A stretch of 64,000 nt of DNA from Podarcis bocagei. Lineage: Eukaryota. Where the stretch lies: the NCBI GenBank assembly GCA_964188305.1, contig OZ076886.1. The stretch is one strand, 5' to 3'. Made by a program: the position numbers and the translations under genes. The notes beneath the pieces are model-generated. The model was not told where the DNA came from. It did no database searches and saw only the letters and a list, made by a program, of their open reading frames with translations. The first letter of the stretch is position 1; each line of letters starts with the position of its first letter. This document shows positions 27,823 to 41,698 of this stretch, in pieces.

Positions 27823-28957
27823 TACACACCACAAAAATGCATAACAAAGTAACAAGCAGAAGAAAGTAGCAAATGGTGAATGGATAAATTTGAGCAAAAT
27901 CAGGTTCTTTTTCTTTCAAAGAAATGAGGGAAACTCTGATAATTTGAAGATGGAAGGGAAATGATCAAGGACGGTGGTATTTGTCCAAACTAAATGTAGG
28001 GTGTGTATTACCCCTTTAATGCATAAGGCTCTGTAAGAAGCATTAAGTTTCAAAATTTGCATAAGGTTCTGTGGGTGAAGGAGACAGGAGGCTGGAATTT
28101 GTAACAGATGTTTCCCTGCCACTGCCCAAGAGCACCAGATCATGTCTGCAGCCACTTTTATCTAAGTATCTCTAAAGAGCGTGGGATACCATCAGGTTAC
28201 CTGACAAAATTTTCAACTGAGCAGGGAGAGTTAACGCCATCTCTGGAGAACTGGGACCATCTCTATACATCCAGGAAAACTGAAGGATGTGAAGATCAGC
28301 TGGAAAGCTCTGGGCTGCTTGGATGTGACCTACAGTGGCAGGAATCCTACAATAACAGCTGGCTGTAAACCTTAGTTGCTACAAAGGCTGAGGCTTGGAG
28401 TAAAATATATATTGATTCCCTCTTCCTCTCCGGACTAAATAGCATTCGTGGTGGTTTGCTTATTTATAGTTTTTCTCTTCATTTTTGATACGGCAACCCT
28501 CCCTGGAATGCAAGTTTTATTTAAAAATATCAGAACAAGGCAGGATGGAAGAAATTGAAATATAAATGGAATTTAACAAAATTGGAACTGTGTGTGTGAG
28601 AGAAAGGAACTGAGAGGGAAGGGGGTGAGAAGAGCAAAATCCACCCTAACCTCCATTATCCACAAAGGAATGTGTTCAATATGAAGAATGCTGTTATTAT
28701 AGTGAGGCTGCTATTGGAATTATATTGGAAAATCAATAAAAATATTTTTTAAAATAAAAAGTATATCATTTGATATCAACCCTGCAAAACTGGTAGCGGG
28801 GGGGGGGGGGGAGTTGAAAATAAAAGGAAAGCAAAATATATCCCCTCCCTAATTTGAGCCAAAAGTAAACTATCAACTCAGGTTTTTGCTGATATTATTA
28901 GAAATATTGTTAAGAACATAACCTCATTTTCTTTGTTTTAGAGTAAATTAAACTTGA

Positions 28958-28974
28958 TAATAATAATAATAATA

Positions 28975-29036
<62 letters not shown>

Positions 29037-29172
29037 TTGTTATTTATACCCCGTCCATCTGGCTGGGTTTCCCCAGCCACTCTGGGTGGCTTCCAACAAA
29101 ATATTAAAATACAATAGTCTGTTAAACATTAAAAGCTTCCCTAAACAGGGCTGCCTTCAGATGTCTTCTAAA
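28958..29172 (-). mobile_element. L2-like LINE 3' fragment with (AAT)n microsatellite
   Basis: same family as 60100-60411, opposite orientation. Confidence 0.7.
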
Positions 29173-29970
29173 ATGTGTGAGTTCACATTTCTTTTCTAAA
29201 GTGTGTGAATACAGCATAAGGCACTTTAGAACTCAGGGCCTGAACCATATTTTATTCTTCTTTTTAAACCCAACCCATTTTGGTGCTATGCATCTCACAG
29301 CATCTGTATTGCAAATGTACAAGGGACAAATCAGAAAGAGCAGACCACATGAGCTTCTCACCCTATATTTTGATGACGAACTATGAACTGATGTTGACAC
29401 ACCCTAAATGTGGTATTGTAAATGTAGGTTGGTTTTACATTTAATCAGCTCTGTCTCTTAACTTGAACAGGAAATAGTGGAGCCTCTCTACAAATGATGT
29501 ATGCTTCTGTTATCACTGAGAAAAAAAATCTTAGCCATGCCAGCCTCTTGGCCTTTTTGCATCCTGATATATCCATTCAGTGCAACATAGGAGATCATTT
29601 TTCGGAATTTATGGCTCGGATTCCCACAACCTGAAACTTACAAGGAGTCTGAAAAGAAACAGGGGCAGTCTGCCATTCCTATAGTTGGCCCTTGGGGAAA
29701 ACTCCACATGCAAGGAGCATCCCAAGCCAAGGGGAGAGCACACAGATTTGGAGTGTCCATGCTCTAGGAAGGCTTATGGCAGCACCGGAAGAGGGATTGT
29801 GATGAGGGAATGGGCAGGAGGGCCAAGTTGCCTATGTGTTGACAACTGTTAACAGACCAATCATGCAGCAAGCTTCAACAAGAGTCTTTTCCAGGAGAAG
29901 GGAATGAGCTGTGCTTTCTGCAGAAAGAGGTAAAAGAAAGAAAGCACTATGGCTCCCTAAAGAAACTTAC

Positions 29971-30077
29971 GTGAAGGCAAACGCCACCAATGCTCCACTG
30001 ACCACAATGAAATCCAGGATGTTCCACAGGTCCCGGAAATAAGCGCCTCGATGAAGGATCAGTCCTAAGTCAATCAT
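29971..30077 (-). CDS. CACNA1A: exon 24 (IIIS3): [35 protein letters not shown](T)
   Basis: ttcag acceptor, gtaagt donor, 107 nt. Confidence 0.97.
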
Positions 30078-32555
30078 CTGAAGAATTAACCAAAGCAAAG
30101 AAACACAGGGTTCTTGAGGCACTATGCATGGTTTTGATTACTATAATTTTGAGATCCCCAGTCCCCTAGTGTCAATTACTATTGTTTCCATAATTCCACT
30201 CTAATGACGGAGGTCAGTCTTGCTGGGCTCATTTTACAAAGTAGGAGATCAAGGCAAAAAAAAAAAAAAAAAAGGAACTGACTTGCATGAAAATGAAAAT
30301 GCTAAGAACAGACCAGAGGTGCTGCTCTAGTATTCATGGGCAATGCAGAAAATAGCAAACAAAGGATACTTCATGCCCAGTTCAAAGACTAAATCTGGTT
30401 TTTATGACTCTTGAGAGCTGTGCTGGCACAACACAGTCTGAAACACTGATTGTTTTTCTGGATGTGTTGTACACACAATTTCCTCCATGACATAATCTCT
30501 TCCCACATGTTTAATGGTGCTGACTGGGCAGAGATGGGATGTATGCAATACTGGAGTTATCAAACCCCACATCACAGAATCCAGAGTGTATGAAAACATT
30601 CTGCAGCACACATACTGCTGCTTGTAGGCAAATCTTTCACTATGCCACTCTGTAAAGCATGCTTTAAATTCAGAGCCACTTCAAATGCTGCAGTAAAAAG
30701 ACATATAGCCTAGCATTTTTACTATGTACCAACCACACATTTTGTGTAATGTTAAAAGAGAAAAAATATATGCAGTCATGTGGGAAGCATGCACCTGGGT
30801 GCCTCAGAAGTGAATGCAGAGTGAGACCTTTCCCTTCTTGAACCCATTAAGCAGCTCACAAAGAACTGCTGAATGAAAAACAACTAATGCCTGGAAAAGC
30901 TCTTGCAGCCTAATGGAACATATAGAACATATGGAACTTATATTGGATCTGACCATTGGTCTATCTTGCTCAGTGTTATTGATAATGACTAACAAGGTTT
31001 CAGTAACTCACAGTCCTGTCTGGAAACACCAGGGACTGGATTTGGAGCATGCAATGCATGAGCTATGGCCCTTTCTCAGCTACAGCCTTCCCCTGTATGA
31101 TTCTAACCATGTTTACTCAAATAATTCCCATTGATTTTCAGCGAGACTTAGGGCTTATCCACACTTCCAATTGCCCTGCTGCTTTCTCCCAGGGAAACTT
31201 GTGATTTAGCACTGAATCATAAATCAGGCTTTCCATGGATAGCTGTTTGTTTCGATTTAGCGCTAAAGCTAAATCCAGGGGAAAGTGGAAGGGCAAAGGC
31301 AAAACCACTCTGACCTGTGCCTAGAAAGCATGGGGTGAGTGGAAAACCGCTCTGACCCATGCTTTATATTGGCATGGGACAAGTGGAAGCGAGGATGAAT
31401 TGTGGTGGAAGTTAACCTATAAGGCACTATGGTGTCATCTAGTGGTCCTCAGTCACAACTACAAGCAAATCCTCTGGCTTGAGAGAGTATATACAGAAAT
31501 GGGAAGCCAGAAGGGAAAAAAGTATGCTTAGGGCTGTCAACCAAATGAAATATATTCCCCTCAGTAAGAGACCTGGGAGTTACGATAAGGGCATGGAGCA
31601 ACCATTATGTCCGCAAACATGAAAGACAGTTGTAATAGACAGGTGAGTGGGAGAACAATTGACAGCAGGGGGATGTGATGGAATGCTAGCTAGAGTCAGA
31701 ATGAATGACAGGTCTAGCAGTGTCCGTTGTGATTGTGAATGGCAGCTGAAAGAGTGTGAGAAGTTGAGTAAAAATGCGGGAGGGAATTAGGTGTGTGAGT
31801 GTTAGAGAGGGAATGAATGAACGAACGAATAAACAAACAAACAAAGGTATAGGTAATAATATTAGGATAGTTCTAAAAGAGAGGGATTTAACCATTATGC
31901 CTGGTCAGGATAGAAAAAACTTATTTTTTATTCTTTATAAATTTACTAATTGTTCTGATACATTAAATACTTTTTGTAATTATTTTGTCATTTTTCATAC
32001 AGAATGGTTGACACAAGTACATACAAAATGCAGTTAAGAATGATGAGTGTAACAAATAGATATAGAAATAAAAAATGAGAATACAGAGGGGAGGGGAAAT
32101 TTAATTAATGAAGGTGTTCTGGTCTGGGTGGATTCTAGGAATACCTCATTTTAGGAATAGTTAATAGTATCTCATGCTACCTATTTGCACAAACCAGCTT
32201 TTAGTCCAGATCTTGCTCTGTCTTAGCACTCAACTGAGCAGATCTTAGTTCCCAAGTGAAGTGAAAAAAGCCTGTCACACAATCAATCCGCGGTAGCCTC
32301 AAGAGAAGCCAGCAGTGTGAACTACGGCACACTTTAGCTTGTAAAGCTGCAGCATGAAAACACAATATTCCTCACTATAATAACCACATTTGGGGAATAA
32401 TGCCTTGCTTTCTTAGGCGCAGTTCAGTGCCCTCAAGGAAATATGCTAGCACATTTGAAATTTTTGTAACTTTCTAGGAGGACACTTCACACAAATGGCT
32501 TCCAGGGTGAAAAGGTTTCAGTTTGGCTCTGCTTTCAAGTGGCTAACATATTATA

Positions 32556-32780
32556 CAGTGGTAACTCGGGTTACAAACTTAATTAGTTTAGGAGGTCCGT
32601 TCTTAACCTGAAACCATTCTTAACCTGAGGTACCACTTTAGCTAATGGGGCCTCCTGCTGCCGCCGTGCGATTTCTGTTCTCATCCTGGGGCAAAGTTCT
32701 TAACCCGAGGTACTACTTCTGGGTTAGCAGAGTTTGTAACACGAAGTGTTTGTAACCTGAGGTGTTTGTAACCCGAGGTA
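32556..32780. mobile_element. Tc1/mariner (Tigger/pogo-like) MITE, right TIR truncated
   Basis: ta|cagtggtaactcgggtta...taacccgaggta; homologous to 50768-51009. Confidence 0.8.
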
Positions 32781-33783
32781 TATGAATTAGGCCCTAGATA
32801 TCTGTCAGTGTCATCATGTCTGTACATTTCCTCACCAGTGAATCTAAACTTGTGTGCGTCTGTCTTAAGTGTTCAGTCAAGCCCCAGCAGAGATCTGCTC
32901 TAGGCTGTCTCTTGTTTTTCTTACAATTCTGGTCATGGGGGCAATTGTTATTGTGACTGCAGCATGCAGGAAGGGAAGGTTTATCCTTTCCCTTCCTAGC
33001 CACAACCTTCTCCCGAAAACTGCCCCCCTCCCCTGCTACGATGCTTTTATACTATGCTTTATAACTGTAGTGGGGACATTTTTTGCAGGGAGGGAGTTGT
33101 AGTTATGGAGGAAAGGGATAGATTTCCTCTCTGTGCATGGTGCGATCACATTAACAATCCACCCCTAGGGCTATAATTAATTTAAGACAAAGAGATGTAG
33201 CTGCACACCACACAATAATCATAGCATGTAGTTTAACTCTTAATTTGCTAGGGTTGCTGAAGAATTAGAGTGCTGGCTGTACAGGAGGCAGAGTGGCAGA
33301 GTTTAGTTTCTGAAAGCTCTGGTTTGAGGCACACATACCCTTACTTGTTCATAACTGTGTCCATGTACAACTGTTGTTGTTTTTTTCTGAGGGTAAGAAT
33401 GGTTTGGAAGTATTCAAATCCATATTGTATTTTGACAGAGTAGTTAATCGTAACTGCTTAGAGATTTTAGAAATATTAAGCAGTATATTCATTATAAGAA
33501 AGAAAGAAAGAAAGAGAATATCTTATTTCTGGAATTTTCACTCGACCTGGGCAAGCTAAGAAAGATATGTGTGCCTGTTGGACTACTAAATGGGAAAGGA
33601 GGTGTGAAAAGGCTCTTTTGAGCGATTCCCCCAAGGGACATTTGTTTCTCATGCTCCCCAAATACTGATTCACAAACCTTCAGCCCAGCTCTACTTCTGC
33701 CCTGCAGCTTCAAGTTCTCTGTTCCAAACACTACCAAAATGTCATGAGATCACAGGCTCAAGCCCAGTTCCCCAATTACTAAC

Positions 33784-33843
33784 CTTAACAACCATTTCAA
33801 AGGTGAAGACACCTGTGAAGACATAGTCAAAGTAACGGAGAAC
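33784..33843 (-). CDS. CACNA1A: exon 23 (IIIS2): [20 protein letters not shown]
   Basis: ttag acceptor, gttagt donor, 60 nt. Confidence 0.96.
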
Positions 33844-34983
33844 CTAAAGGGAGAAATGACATAAAGGAATTAAAAATATAGTTCAGGTCTCACCACATCT
33901 CTGAAGTCATAAATCCTAACCAAACTCGTGACCAAGGCAGACCTTGGCTTCCATTTTGTCTCTAAACACAATCTAGTCAGCAGCATGCAGGAGATAAGGT
34001 TCAAAGCAACAAAGGACAGATTAAAGACTATTATATTATCTAGAATCAATAAAGTAATCCATACTGCATTCTGGTCACTTCTCCATCTTTTATGAGATAC
34101 TACAGCCTTACTGATCTGTAATGAGGGTCAGAATTTCGAATTGTGTTTTACTCTACTACCACCTTATGGAGTTCCTATTGTAACCATTGTTATCTGTGGA
34201 AGATGCTAACGGAAACATAAAAAGCATCTGCATGTGTAACATCCTATCTCCATGGGAGTTACAGCTGTCCTTTGGCTTCTGATGTTGCTATTAGAAAAGG
34301 GCTGATTTATAGGGGCATATAGTTAGAGTAGCAAAAACAAGGTTCTGTGATTACATGCATAAACATTTTATAGCTTATAAAAATAGCAACTGGTGGGCTA
34401 ATGATTTGGAATTTGACATACACGATTTACCTGATGAGCTCTACAAAAGTGCCACATTTACACTGATCCCATACAACATATTGGAAAAACAAAAACAATA
34501 AACGCTAACAACAAACAAAACAACTCTCCTATCCCCTAAACATCAGATTAAAAAAAAAAAATCAACACTAACACATCCCTCCATGGCCCAAAGATCATTC
34601 ATATTAACTAGGCTGTATTTTGTTTTTGTTTAATCTCCCCACTCTGCCCAGAAACCTTGTGGCAAGGCCAGTTGATGTAAATCAATGTGTGTGGGGGAGG
34701 TGTCCTCCAGTGATAGTTCAGTATCTCTCCTCCATTTTTAGGGAGCAGCAGCAAATACAGAGCAAAAATTTGCCTCCTCTGCAGTTGTCCTGGCCGTTTA
34801 CTCCAATCCTGCTGTTGAGGAGGGAGCAGCCATTTTGCATTAGGCCACCACCCTGGCAGCAGCCATTTTGTGACTGGTGCCCTCAACACCTTCACAAAAT
34901 TCCAACTATGTCCCCAGATGCAAAGAACTTGATGACCGCTGAATTAAACAAACGTCATGTGTTTCACAAGATTACAAACCCTA

Positions 34984-35302
34984 CAAGTATCCCTATTTTC
35001 CAGGGACATCCCTGATTTAGAGAAGCTGTCCCGGTTTCTGATTTGTTCCTGGAATGTCCCACTTTTCATTAGGATATCCCTATTTTCACTGGAGGGTATG
35101 GAGTTATCCAACCCCCGAGCCGTCTGAAGGCAATCCTGTATAGATATTTTTTTTTTAATGTTTAATTATTATTTTTATATATGTTGGAAGCTGCCCAGAG
35201 TGGCTGGGGCAACCCAGTAGGATGTGTGGGGTACAAATGGTAAAATCATCATTATGGAATGGGACGTCCCTATTTTTATCGGAGAAATGTTGGAGGGTAT
35301 GA
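34984..35302. mobile_element. hAT-like non-autonomous element
   Basis: internal repeats tccctatttt / gggac and terminus atgttggagggtatg. Confidence 0.55.
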
Positions 35303-35566
35303 GATTACACTGCCACAGTTGCTATCTATAGGAGAGAAAGAGCATGGGGATGAGTTTTCTGATGGAGAGGAAAGGTGTGGCTCGGGAATCAATTGAACAG
35401 GAATTTATTGGAGGGGAATGGGGACAGGGGTCTCTTGGTGGTCATTTTGTGACTAGGCAGGCTCAGCTATGGCAGCCATGTTGTGCTGTTATTGATACAG
35501 GCTCCAAAATGTTGTTTTTGCTGAGAATTGGATTTTTTTTGGTGAATAGCCAGCAATAGTAAAAAA

Positions 35567-35572
<6 letters not shown>

Positions 35573-35623
<51 letters not shown>
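35573..35623. repeat. (TA)n microsatellite
   Basis: read directly from sequence. Confidence 0.95.
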
Positions 35624-35626
<3 letters not shown>

Positions 35627-35871
35627 TACAAAGTCCCTTCAGGCCAATGGAAGCTGTTTACCACAGAGGTCAAGCATGTCCAGCACTGTTCTCATGTGGG
35701 GGAGGGGCGGCAGTTAAGTGACAACTGAAGCAATATGGAGGTAATTTCTGAGGCCTTAGGGAGTTAGTTTGCCAGAAGGTAGGGAAGTAAAACAATGAGG
35801 TATACTGTAAGCCTGTGCAAGATCACTCAGAACAGCAAATCTTTCTAAACGTAGAAGAGGCACATCTATCC

Positions 35872-36136
35872 TGTTAAGTTGTGGGTGAACATATCAGATG
35901 ACACAGTGATTCTTCAGACAGCTCTTGTTTATTCACAGGCCAGAACAGAACTGAACCTGAAGGGTTCAGCCAACCTGCTTATAGAGAGCTCAACTACAAA
36001 GCAACAGTAACAACTTTCTGTAACTATCTAATCAGTGAACGTCACTTTCAATTCCTTATTTGCATATGCGGACCTGAGTGAAAACTATCTACAGTATCCC
36101 ACTGCTGGCCCAGGGTGAGAACTTCAGTATATAACA
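35872..36136 (-). mobile_element. solo LTR (265 bp)
   Basis: TGTTA...TAACA ends and exact 5-bp TSD tatcc. On the minus strand, octamer ATGCAAAT, TGACGT, TATAAG and AATAAA occur in LTR order. Confidence 0.85.
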
Positions 36137-37989
36137 TATCCATTTGCACACATTGCACAGTTAAAGATAAATATGGGTGTGGGTGGGAGAGAGAGAGAGT
36201 GTGTGTGTTTAACAGATCCTGAAAGAGCAGGAGCATAGACTATCCTGAGGGCAGCATGCCCCTGTCAATTGGTTTGTAGGTTTGACAGATCCAGGTCAGA
36301 TTTTTCTATGATAGCCTACTGAACATAATGGTACCTAAAGTCTTCATTTTCTTTCTTTTTTACTTTGAAAATAAGATGCCATGTGGTTAGCAGTTTAAAA
36401 TTGTCAGGCTCTAGACCAAGCTTTGTAACACTGCGAGTTGCATTTCAGTTTGCTAAATACCGGTACTGTACATTCTTCATAACAGGCTGCAGTGCAGTGT
36501 AAAGTTCAGAGTATGAATGAAAGTGCATAATGGAGAATTGCCAATTATATCCAACAATTAATAGTTACAAAACAACTACTTTTATGTTTAGCAGACTCCA
36601 GTATTTTAATACATTTTCTTTTTTAAAACCTGTGAAATTAAATCATAAAACCTGCTGGTTTCAGATTAGAGTTAGGGCTGGCTCGTGTTGACTCAAGCTC
36701 TGCAAAGCTGGGAAACTGGAAGCTAAGGCTGATGCCTTAACAGATGAACCTCATGATCAGGAATGATGTTGTGCGATGTACAAACTGCGCTTGCTTACAA
36801 CTTATTCCCCATGCACATACCCTTTTCCTTGGTCATTCAGGCCCAAATCCATATGGGGAGTTTGGAATTCCTGTGAACAGCAAAGATGCCTCATGCTGTC
36901 CTGTGGTGCCTTATGAAGCAACTGAATTCCCTCTTCCAGAACACAACTGCTTTGCTTCAGATTGCACCCTCTGAATATCACTTTGCAACAGAAAATATGC
37001 GTGGACTAAGATTTGTAAGCTCCCTTATCTAACTTGATCTTCTCTGTAAGTTCCCATGGGAGCTTTTTTAGAGGGGAAGAGGCACTGGCCTACATATGCA
37101 CTGAAATATAAATAATTAAGAAACCTGTTCCTTTTCTTGTTGCCTCTTTAAAATCTATGAAACGGCTGGATTATTTCCAAAACTTGCTTTACTGTTTTTG
37201 GTATAATCGTCCGTTGTAATGGTGCTAGGAAAGAGGTCTGCACACCCCATGCCCCAAGTCATTGGTAGCAGTACTGTACCAGTCTCACCCCTACCTAGTG
37301 CATCAGAGGATTCCCCACTCTGCTACTCTTTAACCCATCCTGCTAGCTATGATATAAGCCACAAACTGACATGAGTCCTCTAGCAATACATTAAGGGCCA
37401 TAGGCTTCATAAGGCAACACAGGACAAGGACAACATCTTAACTCTGATCTTAAACTAGCAGGGGTTTTTTAAATCACTGAATATTTGCCTATATGTAAAG
37501 CTTTTTTTAAATTTTGTGCAGGAAAATTCCTTTTCAGAATAGGAGCCACAAACAAAAATAAGCCAAAATTGTTTTGGTAACCACATTAGACAGTCTGAAA
37601 GAAAAGGGGGAAATCACCAGGGTGCATGGAGATGCCATGTAGTCAATAAGCTGCAGAGGTCACAGCTCATTAAACACAGGAAATGGGAATAAAAACAAAA
37701 TTCAACCATTAAGATATGTCCAAATCATGTTAATACCTCCCTTGACATGCCCTTTAACAGGTTTTACTCTTTGCTTTGGTAGTGAAGATGGCCTTCACTT
37801 CGGCCAGTTACACGCTATCTTACTGGGTATTAATAGTCCCAAATGTACATAGTTCAGTCTGTTCCTGGTCCATATCAATTTTTATTTGTTTTCATCCATA
37901 TCTGTTGACACATCTTTTGACCTGTTTCCACATTAATCAGTGATCTTTGAATCCACACTAGAAGTTGTATTTAAATACATAGTGGTATG

Positions 37990-38090
37990 GTATTCAACTA
38001 AGTTTTACTCAAGAGTAGACCCCCTGAAATTAATAGACATAACAGTCATGCTTATTTTATTTTAATGGGTCTACTTTGAGTAAAACTTAT
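37990..38090. mobile_element. short hairpin MITE-like element
   Basis: imperfect inverted repeat taagttttactcaagagtagaccc / gggtctactttgagtaaaactta. Confidence 0.6.
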
Positions 38091-39063
38091 TTTATGTCAA
38101 AATTACACGTTTATATGTACTTTACTCTAAAATGAACATTGTAATGCATTTTGGTGCATCATTGAGCCAAGAGCTACATTGCACTATTTGGAAAAGTGTG
38201 AAATTGTTTTAGTCCACACATTAGGCCTGCAGGTATGTATCAGGTCAGTTTGCACCAGAATGTACAGAAACTGAACTCCTTTAGCATCCAAAGATGTATG
38301 ACACTGGTGCTGGATGCCCACCCTGGGCCAGGTTATTCTTATGTTCAGCTAGCATAAAGCTGGGGGGGGGGGGTCCTTTGGTTATTGGGATGTATTCTAT
38401 TGATTTTATCCTCATCCCGGCACAAAGGTTTCTTATTACTGCATGAAACAGAGAAGCCCAGTAGAGGCCCTCCCTCCTGCCCATCCCTAGTGGAGATGCT
38501 GCTCTAATTATTTCACTCATTTTTCCGTAGGGATATCTCATGGGACCTGTCCAGCGAAGCTCTTGAAAAAGAAAGTGCAGTGTAAGCTGGTAGCAGAGCC
38601 AGGCTGTGATTTATCTCTTTCTCTCCCTTTATACCACTGCACCTCCCTCCTAACCTATTTAAATCCCAGCTGCTTTTCTCAGAAAGTCAGATACTGGAAG
38701 AGGGATTTTTGCTTTTCACATATAATGTTATAAGATCAGTAGTGTTAATAACAATCCCACCCCAAATATAATTTTTTACAATATTCTCAAAGGACTGGCT
38801 AATACCAGACATAAGGCTTCTATATGCATGACAATTTCCCGATATGAAAATCACCTCAGTGTAGAAAAAACTGTACACCATCACGTGCAACCAACTCACA
38901 TGTGTCTATTTGGCTGCATGCACACATTGAAATTGACATCTGAACCCTTGTGTGATATGAGGATAAACAAGATTTTGCCTACAAAGAGCAATATCCATGT
39001 AGAAAAATCATTAATGTATGAAGCTGTCCATAAGGTCTTGGAAAACATAAGGCAAAGGGTTTC

Positions 39064-39454
39064 TGTCAGATGCTGCTGGTGGTTGCTCGTGAGTAACCAG
39101 GCAGGACTCCAACCTGTCTTTTACAGGTTTTATTGTACAAACTATTTACAGTGCAGATCTACAAAGTTCATGTCCATCTTAGTCACTTGCAGAATACGAG
39201 AGTGGCCCCTTCCGGCTTCTCCCTCAACATAAGAACTTCGGCACCCCAAGCCTCTTCCTCCCCTCCTTGCGTTTCACCCCCCTGCGCAATCTGGGCAACG
39301 GAACTGGCGTGCGTCCCTCCTGGCCAGCTCTCCACTGGAGGTGTGGCTTTTCCCACCACTGGAAGAGGAACTGCTCCTCGGGCGTTTCGGAGGCTCTCTG
39401 TATTCTAACGGCCCCCCTGCCTCCCTCCCCTGTTCCAATGGCAGTCCCCTGACA
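39064..39454 (-). mobile_element. solo LTR (391 bp)
   Basis: TGTCAG...CTGACA ends, exact 6-bp TSD ggtttc, CpG-rich, minus-strand AATAAA at 39129-39134. Confidence 0.85.
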
Positions 39455-40790
39455 GGTTTCTCTCTCAAAGGCCCATCACCAACATTTCACTCACTGGGGC
39501 CAGTGAATTATGAATTTGACAGCTGACATGACACTGGTAAGTCACCCTAGTATGGTTGTCTATCAGATTATCTCAATCAGTTAGAAAGCTGGACAGCGGC
39601 AGGAAGGACAGAAAATAAGCAAGATGCACCTAAGTTCCAGTACGATCTTGAGCTCTAGTTCCCATTCCTTCCTTCCAAGCTCTATCCATATTCAGTCAAA
39701 GTTTGGAATGTATGGTAAAGTGATCACAAAGCCATGCAATCATATGCTGAGTTCTACGTGGCTCTACTGAAAACCATACTAATTGGATCATGGGTTCGGA
39801 CAGTCAGTACAGCTCCTAGGTGGTCACCAATCCCAGATGTAGACAAAACATGCAGCAGGCTAATACAATATGGATCTTACAAGGGCACTGGTATGAGGTG
39901 CTATATAGCTGAGGACCATCTGACATCTCTACACATACCAAGAACTCCCATATAAAATGTGGAATTAAGGGAGCAACAGTAGGTAGGCAACCCAGTCAGA
40001 TGAGCAGGGTACAAATAATAAAATTCGTATTTCTATTACTAAAGGAGGAGAGACAGAGCTGCAGGTTGGACCAGCAGAGATGTGGAAGGTACTTATGCTA
40101 ACTGACCAGGAGTTCCTTTTATTCCACCAGACCTCCCTGGTTTACTTTTTGATGGAACTCCTGTACAGCAGCCTCCCAAATGTCCTTACTGGGTCACTGT
40201 CCAGATTTGCTCCTGGCCAGTCCCATCAAACTAGACAACGGTGAGGAATCACACACACTTCCATTCAGGCAAGAAAGAAAGAAAGGGGAACCACAGTCCA
40301 AGTACACATACCAGCCAGGCAAAAGCCTGGTCTATTGTGGTCTATTCCAACTCTATGATTCTATTATTCTAAAAGCATTTGAGGAGGGAGTGCAGCCAGT
40401 GAGTGGGGAGGCCTACAGAGTGGGCATGGCCTAGGGAGGGTCCCAAAGGCCAACTACAGAGGCCTGGAGGACCACATTCAGCCCCAAGCTTGAGATTCCC
40501 TGCTCATGAACTCGATTTTGTAGCAAACCATGGCTACAACATCCAATGATAAGGAGAATACTTGTTTCTATAGCAAGATGTCTCACTGCCTAGAGACTTT
40601 TCGATCAGGCCATAGTCGTACCCATCAAGGCTAACTAAGAGACATAGTCTTCCCCATCTAAACAGTGGGCCTTCCAGAGCTGGCCACATATCTATTTTGG
40701 TATCCTATGATTCATCTTCAAAGTCAGAGGAGAGCAGGAGCTGCAATGGAGATTCACAGATAAAAGTAAAGGAACGCAGGAAGGACTTAC

Positions 40791-40920
40791 ATTGTTACGG
40801 GGAGCACTTGGCTGCACAGGATCTTCAGCAGCCAAAGCAATGCTGCTCATGGCAATCACCATCAGGATGCAGATTTCAAAGTAGCGCAGGTTGACAATGT
40901 AATGACAGAGCCGCCGAAAC
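40791..40920 (-). CDS. CACNA1A: exon 22 (IIIS1): [43 protein letters not shown]
   Basis: ctag acceptor, gtaagt donor, 130 nt. Confidence 0.97.
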
Positions 40921-41559
40921 CTAGTACCAATAGGCAAAAGCATATTCTGTGGAAGGGTGTCACAAGTGCTGAGCAAATGGCTACATTTCTCCTACTGAAT
41001 TAGATAAAATATTTATTTTGGAGCTGAGTGAGAATTACTCGGAATATATATTTTTTAGAAAATTTCCCACTGTATTTTTTTATTGCTGGAAAAAGACCAC
41101 TTTCTCCCCCAGAGAAATTCAGTGAAAAATAGTGATGCCCATTTCACTGCCACTCAAGTTCTCCACAAGCTGGAGTGGAGACTTTTGAGAGGGCATTTGT
41201 CTTCAGCTCTGATTTATTTATTTATTTATATTTTGAAAATAGTCAAAGCCACCAATATATATTAGGTTCTGGTGCATAAGCCAACCTTAATATCTCTGAG
41301 CCTAGTTGTGGATCAGTCTCATGAATCCAGCCAGCATGATCCTTCTCATTCTCTGTCCGTGTTCACAAAAATTGACATATTCAACCTAAATCAGAGCCCC
41401 AAAGACTCAGTCTCTGCAAATAAGCAGTCCTCCTTCATCCTCTGAATGAATCCTCTGCATAATCCAGCCAAGTATCCAATTTTCACACACTCTAACCATT
41501 TGTGAACTATGGTATCAGGTTCCCAGCTATCTTTCAGTCCATAATGGAGCAATACTTAC

Positions 41560-41698
41560 GGGTTAGTGGTTGAGAGAATGAACATAGAGCTGTATGGTGG
41601 CATAGGCTTGGGTCCCTCCCCTCCATCATCTTCTTCCTCCTCCTCCTTTTTTTCTTCCTCCTTCTTGGGCAGAGGTTCAGGGTTGGCATTCTTATTGA
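41560..41698 (-). CDS. CACNA1A: exon 21: (V)[45 protein letters not shown](P)
   Basis: ccag acceptor, gtaagt donor, 139 nt. Confidence 0.96.
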
